From the NCBI RefSeq assembly GCF_036321535.1, contig NC_087437.1, forward strand, positions 60,948,001 to 61,012,000: a stretch of 64,000 bases of DNA. The letters run 5' to 3'. Positions 14,211 through 28,917 of this stretch are shown here, piece by piece. The notes below the pieces were generated by a model, which saw only the letters and a list, made by a program, of their open reading frames with translations, had not been told where the DNA came from and ran no database searches. Every line of letters begins with the position of its first letter. Position 1 is the stretch's first letter. The position numbers and the translations under genes are program-made. The DNA comes from Camelus dromedarius. Its lineage: Eukaryota.

Positions 14211-17200
14211 ACATTTGAAAGACTGCAGCAAATCTCTTTTAGGTTAAAAAAAATCCTGATTCTTCATTTAAACTATTTGTCATATGTGGAATAATACCTT
14301 TCCATTGTATACATTTTAAAACATTTGAGCAATTGAAGATAATTCCGTAACACTTCATACCGTAAACGACATATTAAAATTTGGGGGAAGAGAACTGATA
14401 TTCACTGAATACTAATCATGTACCAGCGATTTTTCATGTGTTTCATTTCTTTTTCCAAATCAGTGAAGTGGGTGGTTTCCTCCATTTTATTGCCACAGGA
14501 ATCAAGACTCAGAGATGTTAAGTAACTTGGGGATCCAAGAAAATTGCAGGCATGATTACTTACCTGCAAAGGATCTTCATTGTCTTGTCAAGCCTCCTGC
14601 CTTAGGGAAGCCCACATCATGATCCAAATATGGCCACCACATTAATTATAACATTAGTAATTTCAGATCCTGGATGTCATGAGGAGCTTTACCAAGTTGG
14701 AAGAGGAAACCTGTTCTTGCTTGCTCTGTGTAAAGCCCAGAAAGCTTTGCTGACAGTCACCTTTTGCTGTTTCTCAGAAGTGTCCCAGGTCAAATCAGTT
14801 TAGGATATTATGTAGCAATCCAGTCCATGATGCCGATAGGACCAAGAGTAAGCTAAAATTATGAATAAGCAGAAACTCTGACTAAGCAGAAGATGTAAGG
14901 TAGATAGAAGAAGTAGAGGATAGAAGCCAAAACTGTGTCAGGAGTAAGTTTTCATCATGGCCTAGATTGCTGTCTTCTCTGCATGTTCTTTAAGCTTCTG
15001 CCTAAACTGCCTGCTCTTAATATTCAAAGTTTTACAAAGAGAGTCTGATTGGTTACCATTATCCTTGTTTGTGGAGAACTGCTTGATAAGCTCAGTTTTA
15101 GTCAGAATGCTTGTTGCAAATGACAGAAACCAAATTCAGATCAACTTAAGGGAATAAAAAGGAATTTATTGGCTCATATTACTGAGAATCCCAAGGATAA
15201 TCAGGCATGTATTGCTAAGGTAGCTAAGCTGACAGGTTATGTCTATAGGTTCCTCACGTTGGGAAAATGTTTCCTAAGGGTGGAGAGAGATCCTCACAGT
15301 AATGTGGAGCCTGGAACCAGCCATGCCTGAAACAAGTGTATTCCTGGAACCTTTTTTTTTTTTCCTTTCAAGTTGTAACTAAGAGTTCTGACCAATTAAG
15401 CGGGTAGTCAGTAAATATTGTTTAGTGATCTCACTTGGAGTTTAAGGCAAGGGGAATATCATCGTGGCCCTAAAAAATTCATTGATGAAGGATTTTGGCC
15501 TGAGTATCAAGTTTCTAATTCCAGCACTGGGCAAAGCTCTTGGCCATTTGGGACCTTGGTTTCCTTACTTGAAAGTGAAGGGATTGAATTAAACATCTCC
15601 TAAGGTCCCTTTCATGCCACTGTTTTATGAAATGAAAACATCTTCACAATATTGTATTTATCCAGTGATTCTAATATTTATTAAAATGTCAGGAAGGACT
15701 AATAATCGTGGGTAGTCTCTGGAGGTTTTAGAGAGATCTTTTGAAAAACTACCCAATTACAGCATTATTTTAGCTATCGAGCCTAAATACTTTTGTGGGA
15801 ACAAAGTAAGAAGTATTTAAACCAGGATTGAGACATTAGTTTTAAATTTCTTTTGGTTGCTGATAACAGATACCCAGTCAGACTGCCTAAGCAAAAAGGG
15901 AAATTTACTATTAGAACATGGGGAGTGGAGGAGCAGAATTCTCTCTCAACTCAAAACAGAAGCTTGGCTTCTCTTGAGTCTCTAACCAGGGAAGCCATCA
16001 AGAGCCAAAGCTGTTGTACTTTCCATTTCTCTGAGTTTCTGTGGTCATTTGTCTCTGCTGCTCTCTATGTAATAGCTTTCACCTGGTAAAAGTTGGCTTC
16101 CCAGGGCTACATCAGCAACCTGCTCACCCAAGTGAATAGTGTCTGAGTTCCAAGGCCCTGAATACAATCTGATTGGTCCAACTTAGGTGCCTACCTCTGA
16201 TCCATTCAGCAGTGGTCCAGCATTGGTGGTGGTGGTGGTGGGGTGGTTCTCATTTAGTATCAAAATTGCCACATTGGCCCCCGTAAGTGGGGAGGTAGTT
16301 CTCAGGGAAGGGGAATGTGGGTAAACCAACAGTCCAGAAAGATCTACAACCAACAATTGATACTTTGGTAAATTTAGTGTGAAAAGTATATGTAAAATGA
16401 ACCTTCTTAGGTTAGCCATTTGCTGCAGTTTGATTCTCACCAAGATAAGCCCAGATTAGTTAATTAGAGTTTGAGGAAACACAATGGTAAAATAACCAAA
16501 GGAAAGTGCCTCAGCCTGGGCTTACAGAGAGTTAGGATACTGTTTTGAATATTGCTTAGCTGTAGTCAGCCAGCCCTTTGGATAACTGAATAAGAACTTC
16601 AGTGGTCTCCCCTTAGAACTGGGCTTCCAATGCCCCTCATCTATAGAAGGCTGAAAATGTGTCCCAAATCTATCAGGCTTTAATTGCTGGAACCTGTAAA
16701 GGTTACCTTACTCGGTAAAAGGATCTTTGCAGATAAAAGTTAAAATAGTAAAGGATTATGTTAAAGGAACATAATCATGGTAATTGTATACTTGGCCTTT
16801 ATACTTTACTAAAGTGTAAGATACTTGAGGGCAAAGATTGGCCTATTATGTTTCAGAGCTTGTGGTATGGCCTGTCCTGGACCCCCCAACTCATCCAAAC
16901 AATGATAATTAAATATTAAATGAATCAAGGAAGGTCTAGGAGGTAGAAATGTTAAGAGATGTAGATAGAAAAAATAAAGGTCAACCTGAAGGGAACTGGT
17001 GGCAAGGTTGCCTGGCAACCAGACTGAACCCTTTGCTTATGTTTCAGATTATTTTTAACACTAGCTATCAGGGCTGCACACAGCTCTCCCAACCAGTACT
17101 CAGTTTACAGATATCCAGCCATGCTCATTTCATATTTGATGTTCTCTTTCCAAATCACAATCAGTTTGTGATTCAGGGTAGACAATCCTGAGGCTGATGC

Positions 17201-18269
17201 AGTGCCACCCAGTTGCTTCTCCCTGCCAAGAGCAGAAATGCCTTCAGAATTAATCAGTCACCCTCTTGCAGAATTGTGTATAATCCTTAACCTATGAACA
17301 GCTCTCCCTTGACCTCAGTTTTCCAATTTATAAGTAGAGAATTAATGAAAAACAGAGTAATACACTGCATATGTTCTCTGTGTTTGTGTGGTTTTCTGAA
17401 CTATTTTTAAGTGAGATACCATGATACTTGACCTCAAAATACATCAGTGTGCATCTCCTAAAAAGAACAATTTTCATTATAACCATAATACTCATATTGT
17501 ATCTAAGAAACTTAGCAATAATTCACATTTTTGCTCTTGGCCAGCCAATTGTGACTATTATCCTTACTGCAGTAAAGTCTGGTGGTGAGAGAGGGTGGCA
17601 GCCAGAACTACAGAAGATGGTCCCTCAGCCGTGGCCAGGCCTTATAGAGGTGAGAGATGGGGAACAAGAAGGATCTTGTGGCTCAGTCTGGGGTCTCAGC
17701 AGCGGTTGGTCTCCTTGGTAGCCAACCCCTTTCCCATGGCATGTCCCCAGCAGAGAAGAAGCCCCTTCCACAGGGCTGAGGCTTATTTTAGAGACCAGAT
17801 TGTCAGGCAGAGGGACATTGTGGGAGAGTGAGGACATGAGTCCCAACTGGAGTGAACAAAATAACCTGCTATCACCACCACCACCTGGGTGGGCTGTCCT
17901 CCAGCCAGAGGAAATTCCAAACACCTTCCATATGCCTGGAGAGCCTCTGCCATACCCTGATGGAGGAAAAGGCTGGGCTGAGATTTAGTAGAGCCTCCAT
18001 CAGGTCCTCTTCTCTATAGCCATAAAAAATGCTTGAGGAGAGTGACCCAAAGTTCACTTGGGCATGATTTTCCTGCATCATTCTAGGCAATGAATGAAGA
18101 AGAATCCAGAGCATGCAGTGATTAAGTAAAAACAAGTCTTAACTGACTTACAATTGTTGACACAACAGGTCACAAATAGGTAGTGACCTGAAAATTGAGT
18201 GCATTTTTCTGTTATGAACAAGATTGTTAATCATATTACAAGCCAATCTGTGGCTAGATAAATGCAAAT

Positions 18270-20035
18270 GTTAACATTTTATTAAAAATTATTGATATAA
18301 AAGACTCAAGTGAAAATTGTTGGATCTATCAATGAATCAATAAAGTTGCAGACTATAAAATCAATACATAGAAATCAGTGCTTTTCTATATACGAACAAT
18401 AAAACATCTGAAAAAGAAATAAAACTATCCCTTTCACAACAGGATCAAAACAATAAAATGCCTAGGAATAAATAAACCAAGAAAGTGAGAGCTCTGTAAG
18501 ATGAAAACTACAAGTCTTTACTGAAAGAAAAACACTTTATGAAAGAAGGCACAAACAAATGGAAGGACATCCCTTGTTCATAGATTGGAAAAGTTAATAT
18601 TGTTAAAAGTGCCCATGCTACCCAAAGCCATCTGTAGATTCAATGTAATCCCTGTCAAAATTCCAGTAGCACTTTTCAAATAGAAAAAGATAATCCTAAA
18701 ATTTGTATGGAACCACCAAAGATCCCAAATAGCTAAAGCAATCCTGAGAAAGAAGAACAAAGCCATCGCACATCCTAATTTGAGATTATATTATAAAGCT
18801 ATAGTAATTAAACCAGTATGGCACTGGTATTTAAAAAATAAATACATAGACCAATGCAGCAAAATAGCCCAGAGTTAAACTCCCATATATATGATCAATT
18901 AATATTTGATAAGGGAGCCAGGAACATCCAGTGAGGAAAAGATAGTCTTTTTGACAAATGATGTTGGAAAAACTGGATAACCAGATGCAGAAAAATGAAA
19001 CTGGACCCGTATCTTAAAACCACTCACAAAAACTAACTCGGAAGACTTAAGTGTAACTGACTGAAACCATTCAGTTTCATAAGACCAAAACTAAAACTAA
19101 AACTTACTTCAATGGGCAGGAAGAAGCTCTTTAGTATTGGTCTTGACAATGATTTTTTGGACCAAAAGCACAAACAACAACAACAAATAAATAAGTGGCA
19201 CTACATCCAACTTAAAAGCTTCTGCACAACAAAAGAAATAACAAAATAAAGGTAACTGCAGAATGAGAGAGAGTTTTTTTCAAGTCATGCATTGGATACA
19301 GAGTTAATATCCAAAATTTATAAGGAACTTCTACAACTTAATAACCAAAAAAATTTAATTTAAAAATGTGCAGCGTAATTAAGTAGACATTTTCCAAAGA
19401 AGACATCCAAATAGCTGACAGGCACACAGAAAGTTACTCAGCATCACTAATCAGTGAAATGCAAATGAAAACCTCAAGAGATACCTCACACCTGTAAGAA
19501 TGACTACCATCAAGAATGCAAGAGATAACAAGTGTTGGTGAGGGTGTGGAGAAAAGGGACCCCTTGTGCACTGTTGATGGGATTGTAAACTGGTTCAGTC
19601 ACTATGGAGAACAGTATGGAGTTTTCTCAAAAAATTAAAAATAAAACTAACACACGATCCAGTAATCTCAGTACTGGGTATATACCCAAAGGAAATGAAA
19701 ACAAGATATTGAAAAGACATATGCACTCCCATGTTTACTACAGCATTATTCACAATAGGCAAGATATGAAACAACCTAAGTGTTCATCAAAGGGTGAATG
19801 GATAAAGAAGATGTGGTGTATATATACAATGGAATACCATTCAGCTGTGAGAAAAATTCTGCCTTTTGTAGCAACGTGGATGGACCTTGGGGACATTATG
19901 CTAAGTGAGATAAATCAGATTAAAACAAATATTGTATGATATATATTATATGTAGGAATCTAAAAAAAAAAAAAATCATGAAAGCAGAGAGTAAAATGAT
20001 GGTTACCAGGGGTTAGGGATAGGGGAATGGGAGAG
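18270..20035 (+). mobile_element. Decayed L1 (ORF2 3' part + 3'UTR)
   Basis: ORF2-like remnants (..WIKKMWCIYTMEYHSA..ATWMDL..MLSEI) with many frameshifts. Confidence 0.9.
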
Positions 20036-20812
20036 ACTAGGACTAGTCAGTGATGTTTCTGGGGAATGTGGGGAAATAGCAGTTAGAACCCATAGTTTGT
20101 TCTGAAGGGGGTGTTCTGAAGGAACACAGAGGATTTTTTGGTATAAATTCTAAGGTAGCCAGATAGGAAAACTAGTCACATTGCAGTAGGAGGTATTGGA
20201 GTCAAGAATGAAGCCCAGGTTTCCGTTTTCAGTGACTGGGTGGGTCCTGACACCATAAATCTAGGTAGGGAGGACAAGAGGGTGAACAAGTTTGACTACT
20301 TAGACCTTATCTGCCCTGACTGGCCCTGACTAGCATTTCTAGTGTCATTACCATCAGTTCTCCAAAATGTCACGTAGCTCCTGTTATTAGTCAGTACTCT
20401 TTCGTTGCTGGAGACAGAATCCCACTGGAGAAGCAGGGATGGTTTGGACACTTCTCTTTTTCTTTGTTTCCTTTAAACCTCTTACTCTGAGACTTGCTCA
20501 GTTTTTAATAACATACTGTAATTTTCTAATTGATGTTACTGCTTTTCATGAGGCATTACTTTTTGGTTCTTAGAATTTTCAGTATTTTCTCTTCCTGCAT
20601 TGCTCTGTAGAGATTCAGCTCCCCCTAGAAACACAATCCACAGCTTTACTGGGTCATCAGAGATTTTGATAGCCTCAAATTGGTCAATTAATTTGATTAG
20701 TTACTACCTTAACTTTTAATATTTTTTCCCAACTGAGTTGCATAATTTTACATCTCCTTATCAACCAACTTATTTCTTTTCATCCTTTCCTTTTCTTTCT
20801 TTCATCCTCTCC

Positions 20813-20815
20813 TTT

Positions 20816-20875
<60 letters not shown>

Positions 20876-20877
20876 TC

Positions 20878-20952
<75 letters not shown>

Positions 20953-20955
20953 TTC
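20813..20955. repeat. (TTTC)n microsatellite, about 35 units
   Basis: Directly visible; nearly pure with one interruption. Confidence 0.97.
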
Positions 20956-22259
20956 TTGTTAATAAGGAATTCTTCATGACTAAGTAATCATTTGTTATTT
21001 AGATATTCAAACTAAAAAAAATTTTTTTTGTCTAAATAGACCTCTTTAAAATTAATCTAGTTTGACTCTTCAAACACTTAAAATTTTTTCCCAAAGTATG
21101 TTAATTTCCAGGATCATAGAATCCTTGTTAATATTACTGAAATGTCATTCAGCTCTAATATGAAAATACCACATATTTTCATTGTCTATGACGTTCCCAT
21201 CATTGGATATGGCTGTTTCTTTAAAGGATAACTTTTCCTTCAAAGCTTTGTCTTCTGAGACCAGTGTGTCTTCACAATCTTGGCTGCAAATCACATTCAC
21301 CAATGAAGATTTTTAAAATATCTAGATGCCCTCAAATACCTGATTCAGTACCTATTACAGAGGCTTAACATGTTGTGGATCAATTCACCCTTCAAAAATA
21401 CTAAATGATCTGAATGACATATTTTTAATTCATTTGCTCACCTGTCAGAAAGGCTAAAATAAAAAATAATGACAGTACCAAATGCTGGTAAGGATGAGGA
21501 GAAACTAGATCTCTCATCCATTGGTGGTGGGAATGTAGAATGCTACAGCCACCCTGGAAGACAATTCGGCAGTTTCTTACAAAACTGTATATGCCATTAT
21601 CATAATACCCAGCAATGGCATTCCTGGGCCTTTTTATTCAAGAAAAATATAATCATGTGTTCACATAAAGACTTGTACACAAATAATTATAGTAGCTTTA
21701 TTTGTGACAGCCCCAAACTGGAATCAGCCCAGATTCTTTAAACAAGTAAATGGTTAAACAAACCAATATATCCTTTATTTCTTTATTGTCAAGAATTTGT
21801 TTATGATAGCCTCTTCACTTTTTGATATTTGTTTACAGGTATAGTGAGGCTTCCTTCTTCAATCCTGTTATTTGCTTATCTGGCTTCTCTCTTTTATTAG
21901 TCTTGTCAGAAGTTTTTCAGTATTAATAGCTTTTTCAAAGAACCAGAATTTGTCTTTGATAATTTTGTTATTTGTTTTCTATTTCATTAATTCCTGCTCC
22001 AATCTTTATTGTTTCCTTCATTCTACTATCTTTAGGTTTAATATGCTCTTTTTCTAACACCTTGAGATGGGCACTTGGAGCTCACACTGATTTTTCTTCT
22101 AAGTATGGAGTTGGCTGCATACTTCTGTTTTTATGTGCCACACTTTGTTGTTCCAATACAACATCTTAAATTTTCATTGTAATTTCTTCTTTGAGACGTC
22201 AATTATTTAGAAACATGTTACCACATTGACACCTTTTCCCATGATATTGGAATAAGAGA

Positions 22260-24120
22260 AGAGAAGGATATCTCCATCATTATTCCTATTAGACATCCTA
22301 CGGGAGGTCCTAGATAGTACAATAAGGCAAGAAAAAGAAATAAAAGGCATAAGAATTAGAAAGTAAGAAGTAAAACTGTCATTCACAGACAACACGATTG
22401 TGCATGCAGAAAACCAAAAGAAACCACAGGTGAATTACTAAAATTAAAAGCAAATTTAGGTTGCTGAATAAAAAGATAAAAATACAAAAATTGCTGGTAT
22501 TCCTATGTAACAGCAACAATAGGGAAAATTTTTTAAATTATTTCTTTTTTTGTAGGGTTTTTTTTTTTTTTTGAGGGGGAGAATAAGGTTTATATATTTA
22601 TTTATTTTTAATGGAGTTACCAGGGAATGAACCCAGGACCACATGCATGCTAAGTGTGCACTCTATGACTGAGCTATTTTCCCCCTGGGAAAATTTTTAA
22701 ATGCTGTTTACAACAGCATCAAGGAACATCAAATCCTTGGTGATAAATCTAATGAAAGACATGCAAAAACTCTACAGAGAAAACTGCAAGACATAATGAG
22801 AAAAATTAAAGAAAATCTTAGAGGTTTTTTTCCCTCATATTCATGAATTAGAAGATGAAATATTATAAAGATGTCAATGTAATCCTTATCAACATTCCAC
22901 CTAGTACTATTATAAAAATTAGTAAGCTTGTTTTAAATTTTATATGAAAACACAAATGGTCCAGAATAGCCCAGTTAATCTTAAAGAACAGAGGTAGAAA
23001 ATTCACTATATGGTATTAAGGCTTATTATATAAAGCTACAATTAACTAAAAGTGTGGTATGGGCACAAGAATAGATAAATAGATAAATGGGACAGAATAG
23101 AGGACAGAAATAGTTGTTTACAAATATGGAAACTCGATCAATGACAAAGGTGCACTGCAGAGCAGTGAGAAAAGGGCAGTCTTTGTAATAAATGGGATTG
23201 GGTCAATTGTATATCCATATGAAGAAGAAATGAATCTTGATCTCTTCACACTCATCCAAAATCTATTTCTAATGTGTTGCAGATCTAAATATGATAGGTA
23301 ATGCAACAAAGCTTCTAAAAAGAAAAAGAGTATTTTCATTACCTTGTGAGTAGGAAATATTTCATATATAGGATATCAAAATGAAAACTGATAAATTGGA
23401 CTACATTAAAATTAAGAACTTCTGTTCATCAAAACATCATTAAGAGGGGAAAAAGGCAAATCACAGAGTGGAATAAGATATGTGCAATGTGTGTAACTGA
23501 CAAAGAACTCAAATCCAGAATGAGTAAATAACTCAATTAACCTGATCAATCAATCTAAAAAGTCAGATAATCCAATAGAAAAATGGGCAAAAGATATGAA
23601 TATGCCAATTAATATCCAGAAAGGCAATAATCATCTGAAAAAGTGATCAATTTCATTGGAAACTAAAAAGTACAAACTAAAACACACCCACCAGAATGGC
23701 TAATGTTTTAAAAATTGACAATACTGGGTGTTGATGAAGCATCGAGCAACGGATACTCTCATACACCGTGCATGGGAATGAAAATTGGAACAACCATTTT
23801 GCAAAACTAATTGGCAGTATGTGTAAACTTGACTATAAATACAGCCCATGACCCAGCAATTCCATTTCTAGGTATATACCCAACAGGAATTCACATACCA
23901 AAAGACATGTACAAGAATGTTCATAGCAGCAATATCTATAATAGCCCCCAACCAGAAACTACTCAAATGTCCAACAACAACAGAAAGTATAAGTAAATTG
24001 TGATATATTTGTTCAATGGAATACCATACAGAAATAAAAGAAAACTACTTCACTCAACAACAAGTATGAATCTGAAAAGCATAATGCTAAGCAAAAGGAA
24101 TCAGTCAAAAAATAATACAC
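22260..24120 (+). mobile_element. Old L1M fragment(s), interrupted by a SINE
   Basis: ORF2-like motifs (caataaggcaagaaaaagaaataaaaggcat; gacccagcaattccatttctaggtatatac). Confidence 0.8.
22540..22685 (-). mobile_element. tRNA-derived SINE, same family as 11299
   Basis: Reverse complement of the 11299 element; TSD-like gggaaaattttt(t)aaat on both sides. Confidence 0.82.
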
Positions 24121-24723
24121 ATATCTAGACATGACAGCATAACTGGTACCAGACTGAACCTCCTGTCATTTATCCTGTCAGTTATCTAAGTAATTCAATA
24201 GCTGTACAATATATATGAAATCCTTGTTTTCAGTCATTGGACCGCAGGCAGCCCAGGACAGTGATTACTGAAAGAAAGAGAAAAGTGAAGTGAACCGTAC
24301 AATTTCCCTAGCTTTCTGCCTGGTGGCATTTACCAAGTATCAGCATAGGAAGAGGGACCCCAAGTAAAGCTTCAGAGACTTGCTGAGCTGAGGAGAAAAG
24401 AGGCAGAGAGTGTCGAGACTGAGGCAGCTGAAATTCATGGAGCAGAATACAAGACAGATGGGAGCTATGCAGAGAAGATCCAGAACTCTGCATAGATGTT
24501 CCCTTATGTCTTTGGCCACATACAAAACTGTGCAAGAGTACCGATTCCATGAGGTCAAGCAAAGAAACTTGTAGGGGAGGATCTTTCCTTGCCTCTTCCT
24601 AACTTCTGGTGGTTTTCCAGCCATCCTTGGCGTTTAGCTGTAGGACTATAATCTGCCTTCGTCCTCACATGGCTGCCTGCTTTTGTGTGTCTGTGTCTCT
24701 TCTCCTCTTCTTATAAAGACACT

Positions 24724-25091
24724 TGCTGATCTGAATGTGTGCCCCCAAATTCTTATGCTGAAACCTAACCTCAAAGGTATTAGGAGGTGGGGGCTTTGGA
24801 ACGTGCTTAGGTCATGAAGGTGGAGGCTGTATGGATGGGGTTAGTAAACTTTATATTAGTGAGCTTTATAAAAGAGGCTCCAGGGAGATCCCTAGCACCT
24901 TCCACCATGTGAAAACACAGCAAGAAGATGCCAGCTAGGGAACAGGAAGTGGGTCCTCACCAGAAGGCAACCAAAATAGTGCCTTGATCTTGGACTTCCC
25001 AGCCTCCAGAACTAGGAGAAATAAATGTCTCTTGTTTGTAAGCTCCCCAGTCTGTGATGTTTTGTTATAGCAGCCTGTAGGGACTAAGACA
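24724..25091 (+). mobile_element. MaLR solo LTR (MLT1A-like) nested in an older MLT1
   Basis: tg..ctgaatgt..cccccaaattc...ttggacttcccagcctccagaact..gaaataaat...gactaagaca. Confidence 0.8.
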
Positions 25092-25534
25092 ATACTAGTC
25101 ATATTGGATTAATGGCCTCCCCTACTCCAGTCTGAACTTTTTTGTTTGCAAATATCTTTTTATTTCACTTTCAGTTTTGAAGGATATTATTGCTGGACAG
25201 AGAATTATGGGTTGGTAGTTTTCTTACGCCTTGTTTTGTTTTGTTTCATCAGTTTCAAGATGACAGTTCAGATTCTCCTGGCTTGTATTGTTTCTAATGA
25301 GAAGTCAGCAGTAATGTTTATCTTGTTTCTCTGTATTTAATGCAAAATTTATTCTTTGGTGCTTTTAAGATGTTCTCTTCCTCACTGTTTTTCAACAATT
25401 TGATTTTGTTGTGCTTTGACATGGGTTTTTTTTTCCCCAGCATCATTGGCCAATAAAATTGTAAGATATTTAAGGTGTACAACATGACTATTTAATACCG
25501 GTATATATTGTGTAAGGAATCCCCCCTCTAGTTA

Positions 25535-25665
25535 TCTCTCTTTCTTTCTCTTCCTCCCTTCCTCCCTTCCTTCCTTCCTTTCTTGCTTGCTTGCTTGCTT
25601 GCTTTCTTTCTTTCTTTCTTTCTTCCTTCCTTCCTTCCTTCCTTCCTTCCTTCCTTCCTTCTTCT
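25535..25665. repeat. Compound (CCTT)/(GCTT)/(CTTT) microsatellite
   Basis: Directly visible. Confidence 0.9.
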
Positions 25666-26079
25666 TAAGAACATTTAAGTTCTATTCTCTTAGCAAATTT
25701 CAATTCTACAATACAGTGTAATCAACTGTAGTCACATTGGTGTGCTTTGCCTTATGTATATTCTGCTTGGGCTTCTTTGAACTTCTTGGAATTATATGTG
25801 TCTTCACATTTGGAAACATTTCTATTATCATTTTTTTTTAATTTCCTCTCTTGCTGGAACTCCAGCACACATATGTCAGAACTCTTGATATTGTCACACA
25901 GATTACTGAGGCTCTGTTAATTATTTTTCAGCCTTACTTCTCTGTGCTTCAGTTTAAAGAGTTTCTGTTGTCTTGTCTTCAGATTCATTGATTTTTTTTT
26001 CATCTCGTGTCTAATTCATCCAGTAAATTTTTAATTTCAGATGTTGCATTTTTCAGCTCTAGAATTTTGGTTTGGTTCA

Positions 26080-26460
26080 CACATTAGTCTACTGGGGCTG
26101 CCATAACAGAATACCATAGACTGAATGGCTTAAAAAGCAGAAAATTAATCGTCACATTTCTGGAAGCTGGAAGTCCAATAACAAGGTATTGGTAGGTATG
26201 GTTTCTCCTAAGACCTCTCTCCTTGGCTTGCAGATGGCTGCCTTCTCGCTTGTCCTCAATGGCCTTTTCTCTCATGCATGTACCTCCCTGGTGACTCTTC
26301 TTCCTATAAGGACAGTAGTCATTAGATTAGGACTCCACCCTTATGACCTTTTCAAGGTCCCTGTTTCCAAACATAATGACATTGAGGGTTAAGGCTTCAA
26401 CATATAAATTTGGGACAGGGGTAGAGAAGGTGGGGGAGTAACAATTCAGTTCATAGCACT
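26080..26460 (-). mobile_element. MaLR LTR (MLT1A-like)
   Basis: ttagtc..ggggctgccataacagaataccatagactg...ttctggaagctggaagtcc...aattcagttcatagca. Confidence 0.75.
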
Positions 26461-27065
26461 ATATGATGGAGTACTTATTCAGCAATAAAAAGGAATGAAA
26501 TACAGATGCATGCTATAATATGGATGAACCTTTGAAACATTATGTTAATTAAAAGAAGCCAGTCACAAAAGACTACAGATTGTATGAGACCACTAATATG
26601 AAATGCCCAGAATAGGCAAATCTATAGAGAAGGTATAAGAGTGGCTGCTAGTGCTGGAGGCAGGGGAGGAGGGGTTAGGAAGGAATGGGGAGTGACTGCT
26701 GATTGGTATAGGGCTTCTTTTTGTGGTGATGTAAATGTTCAAAATTGATTGTGGTGGTTGTAGAACTCTGTGAATATGCTAAAAACTCTTGAATCGTACT
26801 CATTTAAAGAGTCACTTACATGATATATGAATTATATCTCAGTAGAGCTGTTATAAATACATACTGTATGATTCCACTTACTAAAAGTTCAAAACCAGGC
26901 AAAATTCATGTATAATGAGAGATGGTGATTATCTTTTAGGAAGTGAGGGAGAGCAATAATTGGGAGGGGCCACAGGGGCCATGCCAAATCTGACATGTTG
27001 GCAATATTCTATTTTTTAAATTTGGGTTGAAGTTACATGAGTGTGTTCACTTTGTGATAAATCAT

Positions 27066-28081
27066 TGAAAGGAAAATCACCATTTCCTCTCTATACTCAA
27101 TACGTCTGACACCAGATGTGTGGGGTTTTCCAGATCAAACAATTCTCCAGTTCTTGGTGGACACCAGCTGGGTGTCCTATAATTTAACTCAATTCTAAAA
27201 CTAACTGCCCCAGAGTTAGCACAGACCCACAGGTTAAGGGCTCAGTCACACAAGATGGCCCCCACTTCAGATGCCAATCAAAAGTCCCAAATTATCACCT
27301 GTACTTCTGAATGACTGGCTATAAATCAGTGGTTCCTGTGCCCTCTTCAAGTTTGATAATTTGCCAGAATGGCTCACAGAACCCAGGGAAACAGTTTACA
27401 ATTTATTACAAAAGATATACTAAAGAATACAAAATGAATAGCCAGATGAAGAGATACACAGGAGGAGGTCCAGAAGGGTCCCCAGCATAGGAATTTTGTC
27501 CCTGTGGAGTCTGCGGTACACTACCCTACTGGCATATGATGTGTCCTTGTTCACCAAACTGGAAGCTCTTCAAACCCCTTTGGTGAGGATTTTTATGGGG
27601 GCCTCATTGCAGTAGGTATGGTTGATTAAGTCATTGGCTATTAGTAACTAACTTTACCTGTAGCCACTCTTCTTTCCTGAGAGGCTGAGTGGGTGGAGCT
27701 GAAAATTCCAACCCTCTAGTCACTTGGTTGGTTCTCCTGGCAACCAGCCCCACATCCTTAGGGGCTTTCTAAAAATTGCTTCATTAACACAAACTCAAGT
27801 GTGGTTGAAAGAGGCTTGTTATGAATAACAAAGGACACTCCTTTCACTTTTATCGCTACAGAGCTACTAGAGTAACTGTGGCTAAAACCAATGTTATAAT
27901 TAAAGATGCGCCTTTCACATGTTTTAGGAAAGGTGAAAACAAAGAGACAAAAAACAATTATAACAAAAGATGTTCCTGTTATTCTTATCACTTAGGAAGT
28001 TAAAAAAGAGTTTTAGAAGCTCTGTGCCAAGAACAGGGACAAAGACCAAATATGTATTTCTTATTGTATCATAACATCACA
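27066..28081 (-). mobile_element. MER21-like ERV LTR
   Basis: Minus strand begins tgtgatgttatgatacaataagaaatacatatttggtctttgtccc; TG...CA ends; flanking tcat repeats. Confidence 0.7.
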
Positions 28082-28149
28082 GTCATTGAAATTGTTGATT
28101 CTAAAAATAAAAATTATTCTACCTTCAAAAAAAAAAAAGGTTAATTAGT

Positions 28150-28546
28150 AATAACACGGAGTTGCAATTCAGGACAAACAAGCCACAGTAAAAACCACAG
28201 GCAAGTCCCACAAACAAAGGAGGGGGACGTTATTTTATAGAAAAAAAGAGGAAGTTGGGACCGGTTGTTTTGAATGAAAGCCTACTGGAGAAAAGTGAGA
28301 ATGCAGGGTAACGACAGATTCTCATTGGCTGAGTTGCTAGGGTAGTTGATTTCCTGTAGGATACTCAACCTACACCTTTTCCTGTTGGGGCCTATAATTG
28401 GTGATTCTTTCCTGTTGATGATTCTTCTATTGGGGTCTGTAATTACAATTTTTACTGGAATTGACTTTGAGTGGTACTGCACGAGAGCGCCCCCTTCTGG
28501 CCTCCCGATGCCATTTTAGTGAGGTTTTCCTTTATTAATTTTCACA
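28150..28546. mobile_element. LTR-like element carrying a CTCF-like motif
   Basis: Ends ...aattttcaca; CCAAT-like ctcattggct; family not determined. Confidence 0.45.
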
Positions 28547-28917
28547 AGCTTATAATATACAGCTTTCTGTGTGTATGTTACACTTCAATTTTTTAAAAAA
28601 TCCTTATTAATTTTAAAAAATTCAGTAGATTTGAAATAGCTAATCCATTTATATGTTTTCATCAGTTTCTTAAAGGAAGTTTCCATAAGAACCCTACTGT
28701 CTATGGATATGCCTATATATGTAAAATAAAATGGAAACTAACACACACAGACACATTTTGGAGTCAATAACTAATCTAGCTAGTAGGATCTGCTAAGATT
28801 TTGTGAGATTAGTGCTCAAACAAGAAATGTCATATAGATATAGGGGTGTAGTCTTAATTTGCTTTACCCCAGAGCAGGACCCAAGATGAAAATTGCATAT
28901 AGTTTGTGAGGTGATTC

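Noticed and set aside
17428..18135. Cluster of overlapping ORFs in a GC-richer patch (possible retrogene)
   Set aside because: No recognisable protein in any frame and no poly(A) or TSD; more likely an ancient LTR-like remnant
20738..20977. Low-complexity ORFs (FLSF / KERK repeats)
   Set aside because: Translation artefacts of the (TTTC)n microsatellite
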